From an uncultured virus (IMG/VR IMGVR_UViG_3300030376_004017) (taxonomy: Duplodnaviria > Heunggongvirae > Uroviricota > Caudoviricetes), in IMG/VR virus record IMGVR_UViG_3300030376_004017: 64,000 nucleotides of DNA, one strand, 5' to 3'. Below the pieces are notes generated by a model. The model had not been told where the DNA came from. It searched no databases and worked only from the letters and a program-made list of their open reading frames with translations. The stretch's first letter is position 1, and each line of letters opens with the position of its first letter. The translations under genes were made by a program, and so were the position numbers. Of the stretch, positions 59,507-64,000 are shown piece by piece.

Positions 59507-59913
59507 CAGTCGAATACTAAAAATTCAAAAGTAGGGTTCTTGTGGCTGTCGCTTACTTGATCGTCAGCTACCCAGCTGACAGCGTTTTCCAGCTCCTCAA
59601 AACTCAGCTTAACGTCAATTGACTCGCCGTTACTCCGATCAGTTCCTAATACTAAACACTTACCGCATAGAGGATTTGGATTAGATGTTTTAACCACTGA
59701 GTTCTTAAATTTGAACCAGTGTTTTTCGCCGTCGTTTAGTAGACCTTCGTCATCAACGTAAGCGGTGTCTTCGTTTGACAAGTAGCTACCGACGCAAAAA
59801 TATCTTGCTCCGATAAGCTCTGAAATAGCTTGCCATTCCTCTGCTACATCTACAGATGTGATGCGGCGTTGCTCTGGGTCAATTAAATAACCTTTCATAG
59901 TTTTGTCTTTCAT
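59506..59913 (-). CDS. DUF3846-like protein
   Basis: GYLIDP...YVDDEGL...LCGKCLVLG. Confidence 0.65.
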   Translation of the reverse strand: MKDKTMKGYLIDPEQRRITSVDVAEEWQAISELIGARYFCVGSYLSNEDTAYVDDEGLLNDGEKHWFKFKNSVVKTSNPNPLCGKCLVLGTDRSNGESIDVKLSFEELENAVSWVADDQVSDSHKNPTFEFLVFD

Positions 59914-60122
59914 AGTTCTGTTTCTTTTGTGAATAGTTTTGTAAAACACCTTACTAAGGGGTTTGATTTTGTTGTCTTTTTATTTTTCATAAATGCGCTT
60001 GGATCTCTGGCTTCTGTTAAGCATACGATTTGCGCTCCTTCAACTGCTCCTATAGCTGAATATAACTTATTCAGCTGGCAATCTTTAACTGTTATCCCGA
60101 TGAATTTTTTATTGCTTTCCAT
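59910..60122 (-). CDS. Hypothetical protein
   Basis: ORF. Confidence 0.4.
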   Translation of the reverse strand: MESNKKFIGITVKDCQLNKLYSAIGAVEGAQIVCLTEARDPSAFMKNKKTTKSNPLVRCFTKLFTKETEL

Positions 60123-60126
60123 TTTA

Positions 60127-60504
60127 TTAGTTCCTTGAAAAAGCAATTGGTGAAATTGCTTCGGGATTATCTTCTAATGTCTTCTTTGCAACTTCTTTGG
60201 CTATAAGATCCGTAAACCTGCAAAGGAAACAACTCGCTTTGACAAGTAGACGAACATTTTCATTTTCGTCTAAAGCTTTATCCCAAGCTTCCTCGAACTC
60301 TTCCGGCCCTTCACTCTCCTGCATTACTTCAATAGTTTGCCTTAGTACCGAGTGAATAGCTTCAGCCAGCACGTCGCTCAAACCTTGTGAAACACACCCA
60401 GCTGACATTGCCAGCTCTGCCTTACTTGATTTGTCGAACAGCTCATCACTGTTTGTAATAGCAGTTTCAAGTGCTGCTCTTCTTAATTTATCTAAGTCTT
60501 TCAT
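60127..60504 (-). CDS. Hypothetical protein
   Basis: ORF. Confidence 0.6.
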   Translation of the reverse strand: MKDLDKLRRAALETAITNSDELFDKSSKAELAMSAGCVSQGLSDVLAEAIHSVLRQTIEVMQESEGPEEFEEAWDKALDENENVRLLVKASCFLCRFTDLIAKEVAKKTLEDNPEAISPIAFSRN

Positions 60505-60516
60505 TATTTTATTTTA

Positions 60517-60566
60517 TGAGGCACACGACCTCCATCAACCAATCCAAATTGGATTGGCTGAAAGTG
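60517..60566 (-). ncRNA. Structured leader motif, copy 1
   Basis: Two hairpins; repeated at 63694-63743. Confidence 0.5.
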
Positions 60567-60684
60567 GGAGTGTATCTATTACTCGAAAACTAAAACAAAA
60601 TGTTCAGCACCTCCTCACCGAAGCAGTAAAATAAAACTGCTCCGGCTAAGAGTATTGCCGCCGAAAAGAAGTCAATGATAGTAT

Positions 60685-62205
60685 TCATCGTACAATCTGC
60701 CTCCCTTCGGTGAACACTTCGACCAAGTGCTTAGACAGCTGGGGAATCATTGTCTTAGGGTTCACGTTATCGATCCCTCCGTTAATTCCTACGCTTTGCG
60801 AAAATGATTTTTCAATACCCGCTTTAAAATCAGTTTCATCGCGATAATGGTAAACAGTATCGCCAACCCCCACACAATTCCACCAATCGTGATTTGGTTG
60901 TTTAGGGTTACTTGATAATACGTTTCGCATTAAGCCGATAGCGTATACTTCAAAGCCTTGACGTTTGAGTTTATCCCATTCGTTCCCTTTGTCCCAAAAA
61001 TCATCTCTTGAGGACATATCCCCGTCTGTTAACAGGATGGCAATTTTTCGCTTCTCCCGCCTGTCCTTCATAAGGCGTAATCCCTTACCCAAAGCGCGAG
61101 GCACATCTGTACCGTCATCTGGGGCTAGGTCATTTAAGTGTGCGTTTTGCCACTTGCCACGCCATCCTTTAATTACTTTTATTTTTTCGCTGTATGCAAT
61201 CAGTTGGTGCGGGATCTTCAGCTGATCCATTGATTTTGAAAGTACAGCGGCGGCGGCGGCTGCGTAATTCATTAAGCAATGACCTCCGTGGCAATCGTGC
61301 ATTGACCAGCTTTCATCGATGTAGATTTGAACGCAAGCGTCTAGTTTTTTACCTTTTCGGGTTCTTTGGTAAACGGTGTTTACGTCTGTCATTTGTGCGA
61401 TGTCGTGCAATCGCGTAATGTCCAGCTGTCCACTGTCGCGGTGTCGGGTGATTCTATTACGAGCATCAGCCAATAAAGCTTTCCTTACTTTGCCAATCAG
61501 CTGGTTAGATTTCGGAAGCTCACGGTCAATTACATCCTTATTGTAATTGTCGATAAACGCTAAAGGTTTATTGTTGTGGCGTTTATTTATCCTAGCAAGC
61601 TCTCGGTCAAGTTCCTCCTCTTTTTCGCGGTCAATCTTTTCATCGCTCCAATCAGATTGGATGCGTTCGTTTTCTTTTCCCGTTCGGTCGCCTTTCTTGC
61701 CTTCCGAGTTTGCTTCAGTATGCTCGAATTTTCCGTCATCACCTTCGACGGGATCGCCGCCTTCGCCTTCAGCTTCACTCTCGTTTTCGCCTTCGTTTTC
61801 GGTTTCGACGGGATCGCCGCCTTCGCCGTCTCCTTCTTCAGCATCAGACAAATCTACCCAAACGTGCCAAGTAGGTTCCGGCAGATTGCGCTGTTTGCGT
61901 TTATCTTCTAGAAAGCTGTCCGGTTTGCTTGGGAGTGCTGTTCGGATGTCTAGCCATAATTTGCGGGTTAAGTCTAATGCTACGGGGCAAGAAGCAGACC
62001 CGCCGATGGTGTTTTTTTCAAAAGCGGCCAAACTGTTGGCTCCCCAAACTCTTTGAATCCAGCGATCCAGCAAAACATTAAATCGCCGACTACTAGTGTT
62101 TACAAATCTTAAAGCTTCAACTGGAGTTCTTCCTAAAACTTCCATACGGAAACGTATCGACCAAATCATTTGGCGTTTGGCTGCTTTTGTTAGTGCAAAT
62201 TTCAT
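60685..62205 (-). CDS. VWA-domain protein (CobT-like)
   Basis: MIDAS DESWS, GT, LTDG; acidic linker. Confidence 0.8.
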   Translation of the reverse strand: MKFALTKAAKRQMIWSIRFRMEVLGRTPVEALRFVNTSSRRFNVLLDRWIQRVWGANSLAAFEKNTIGGSASCPVALDLTRKLWLDIRTALPSKPDSFLEDKRKQRNLPEPTWHVWVDLSDAEEGDGEGGDPVETENEGENESEAEGEGGDPVEGDDGKFEHTEANSEGKKGDRTGKENERIQSDWSDEKIDREKEEELDRELARINKRHNNKPLAFIDNYNKDVIDRELPKSNQLIGKVRKALLADARNRITRHRDSGQLDITRLHDIAQMTDVNTVYQRTRKGKKLDACVQIYIDESWSMHDCHGGHCLMNYAAAAAAVLSKSMDQLKIPHQLIAYSEKIKVIKGWRGKWQNAHLNDLAPDDGTDVPRALGKGLRLMKDRREKRKIAILLTDGDMSSRDDFWDKGNEWDKLKRQGFEVYAIGLMRNVLSSNPKQPNHDWWNCVGVGDTVYHYRDETDFKAGIEKSFSQSVGINGGIDNVNPKTMIPQLSKHLVEVFTEGRQIVR

Positions 62206-62237
62206 AGTATTATTTTCCTTTCTTTTGGTTTTTGTTT

Positions 62238-63668
62238 TTAGATTGAAAGAAGGCTTTTAACTTCTTTAGCTTCTGATGGTGTTAGTGCGTTAATTACAGT
62301 TACCTTCAAAGCTTCATCAATAGACATAGGGTCAAGTGCTTCAATCTCCTGTCCGTATGAATCTTTAGCTTGTAAGGCTTTAGATATGTTAAGCATTGTT
62401 CTAGTGCTGGGCGGCATTGTGAGCGTTCCCGCTGTGTGTGCTTTGCGTAGGATTGAAAACTTATCAACTAAGTCTGAAGCTTGTTGGTCCGTTAATCCGT
62501 CAGCCTTCAAGATATTCAACTCTTCACGCTTGTTTAAATAATCGGCATAAACAAATCGGCAACGAGTTTTTAAAGCTCCACTTATCTGATGGCCAGAATA
62601 CAAACCCGTTTCGTCAGTCAATCCGTTCATTGTGAAGATAACCAGAAAATCAGAGTGTGCGGTAATCCGTTCGCCTGTCTGCGGGATTGTTATCTTTGCG
62701 GGGTGTGCGTCTGTGTATGAGTTGACAGCTGATAGTAGCTCGCTTTGCAGCTGGTCGGCCTCGTCGAGGATTACAGCCAAACCTTCACGCGCGGCAATCG
62801 GCAAGAATTTCAGAATGGTTTTCATTACTGGGGCTCCGCTTTCGATCTCAATCGTTTTCTCAGCCACAAGCTCCGACATTGATATTCCATCACTACAGCT
62901 GATTTTTACCCAGCGACGGCCAAGCTTGTTTAAAGTTTGCTCCACTGGGAAAGTTTTACCTGAACCACTCGGTCCACTAACAATTAGATGATTTTTGGAC
63001 AAAATGCCCGTTTCAATCTGCTTAGTGGTGCGGTTCTCCCTAAAATATGGGGCAACTTTCAAGATGGGAGGCAAAACGCTTTTATCTCCGCTCGCAACCG
63101 CTCCACGAATAGAATCGCCAAGCTCGGTTTGCATCAGTGCGGAAACTGTTGCCTTCAACTCGTCATTGGCGAATTTGCCGACGGTGTTTGAAATTGCCTT
63201 TTCAATGGCATCAGGTGATTTAGTCAATTGATCTTCAAACAGTTTGCCGAAAGAATCTTTTTGAACTTCAAACGCTTCCTGTCTAACTCTGCCAACATCA
63301 AGCTGCGGGGTTTGCGGTTGAAAGATTTGTTTAAACGCTTCAAACGCTTGCTGATCTGCTCCAGCTGGTGCGGGTGCGGGTGCTGGTGTTTTAACGGTGT
63401 TTGGAATTGCTCGCATTGCCGCGAGTTCCTGCGTTACCACTTCAGATTCTTTGAAATTATCGGCCTGAAACTCTCCAAGTTTCCCGATTGTCCTTAAATC
63501 GTCAGCTGTCAAACGCTTAAAGCCTTTGATTTTTTCGCCGTTAATTAATTTTCTCATATCGGAAATATGATAGAATGTTTTAAGCTGCCCGAGTTCAAGT
63601 TGATTTCTCAACGCTGTTCGTGCTTCGCCTTGTGTTAAGCTGTCCCAATCTAATATGTTAGTTTTCAT
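62238..63668 (-). CDS. MoxR/CobS-like AAA+ ATPase
   Basis: GPSGSGKT, ILDEAD, TMN, ALKTR; paired with the VWA gene. Confidence 0.85.
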   Translation of the reverse strand: MKTNILDWDSLTQGEARTALRNQLELGQLKTFYHISDMRKLINGEKIKGFKRLTADDLRTIGKLGEFQADNFKESEVVTQELAAMRAIPNTVKTPAPAPAPAGADQQAFEAFKQIFQPQTPQLDVGRVRQEAFEVQKDSFGKLFEDQLTKSPDAIEKAISNTVGKFANDELKATVSALMQTELGDSIRGAVASGDKSVLPPILKVAPYFRENRTTKQIETGILSKNHLIVSGPSGSGKTFPVEQTLNKLGRRWVKISCSDGISMSELVAEKTIEIESGAPVMKTILKFLPIAAREGLAVILDEADQLQSELLSAVNSYTDAHPAKITIPQTGERITAHSDFLVIFTMNGLTDETGLYSGHQISGALKTRCRFVYADYLNKREELNILKADGLTDQQASDLVDKFSILRKAHTAGTLTMPPSTRTMLNISKALQAKDSYGQEIEALDPMSIDEALKVTVINALTPSEAKEVKSLLSI

Positions 63669-63693
63669 AGATACTTTTTATTTAATTATTAAA

Positions 63694-63743
63694 TGAGTCC
63701 AAAGAGACTCCATCAACCAATCCAAGCGGATTGGCTGAAAGTG
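63694..63743 (-). ncRNA. Structured leader motif, copy 2
   Basis: Same as 60517-60566 with pairing-preserving changes. Confidence 0.5.
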
Positions 63744-63783
63744 TAGCTTTGTTATTTGTTACTCTAAAAACCAGCTGAAACGT

Positions 63784-64000
63784 TCAGCTGGGTATCGGAT
63801 CGTGTCCGTGGTCGGGGTGTCCAATTGCGCCGAATTGATAAAGAGCTTCCTCTTCTTCTCTTTCGGTCATTGCAATATCTTTTTTCAGATTATCAAAAAA
63901 GTTTAAGCCTTCTTGAATTGTGGCGGGTCTTTCCCCTAATCCGCCAAACTGCATTTGCTCGGTTTTGATTCGGAAACCTTCCCAAGTTGCTTTTGCAATG
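63784..64000 (-). CDS. Hypothetical protein (5'-truncated by the window end)
   Basis: Open frame IAKATWEGFRIK...GHDPIPS*. Confidence 0.45.
   Translation of the reverse strand, partial: IAKATWEGFRIKTEQMQFGGLGERPATIQEGLNFFDNLKKDIAMTEREEEEALYQFGAIGHPDHGHDPIPS

Larger units (their letters stand above)
46171..64000. mobile_element. Phage B: partial genome of a second, related phage
   Basis: Second diverged copy of the tail fibre/DUF2589/lysis module, then a different replication module (initiator, DnaB) and a CAGCTG-rich composition. Confidence 0.75.

Noticed and set aside
60517..60566. Hammerhead ribozyme
   Set aside because: No CUGAnGA core correctly placed relative to GAAA on either strand
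1..64000. Integrated prophage, tRNA or rRNA genes
   Set aside because: No integrase, att site, host genes or recognisable tRNA/rRNA seen by eye; a tRNAscan run would be needed to exclude tRNAs

Overview
The whole window is marine-type tailed-phage DNA (podovirus-like) and appears to join two related genomes. Phage A (about 1-46170) looks like a complete circularly permuted genome of about 46.08 kb, because bases 1-90 are identical to 46081-46170 and lie in the same reading frame of the tail-fibre gene. It has a + strand late arm: TerS, TerL, portal, scaffold, capsid, tail fibre with an S74 chaperone, a DUF2589 pair, holins and spanins, adaptor and nozzle, and ejection proteins including a polyvalent ART/metallopeptidase protein. 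Its - strand early/middle arm carries an SF2 helicase, a pyrimidine-dimer glycosylase, a sigma54 activator, a Cas4-like nuclease, an AAA_24 ATPase, an SSB, PolA and a DUF3987-like ATPase. After the 90-bp repeat the sequence continues into a partial second genome, phage B. It shares the tail-fibre/DUF2589/lysis module but has a different replication module (initiator, DnaB), RlpA, a possible histone fold, a VWA/AAA pair and a very strong excess of CAGCTG. Main discovery candidate: phage A encodes a stand-alone sigma54 activator (bEBP AAA+ domain with no sensor and no HTH) as the last gene of a sigma70-driven early operon. Three well-spaced -24/-12 sigma54 promoters sit in front of the replication operon, the packaging/late operon and the major capsid gene. 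Together these suggest a phage transcription cascade that hijacks host RpoN. All family calls are from motif recognition by eye; no database searches were run.
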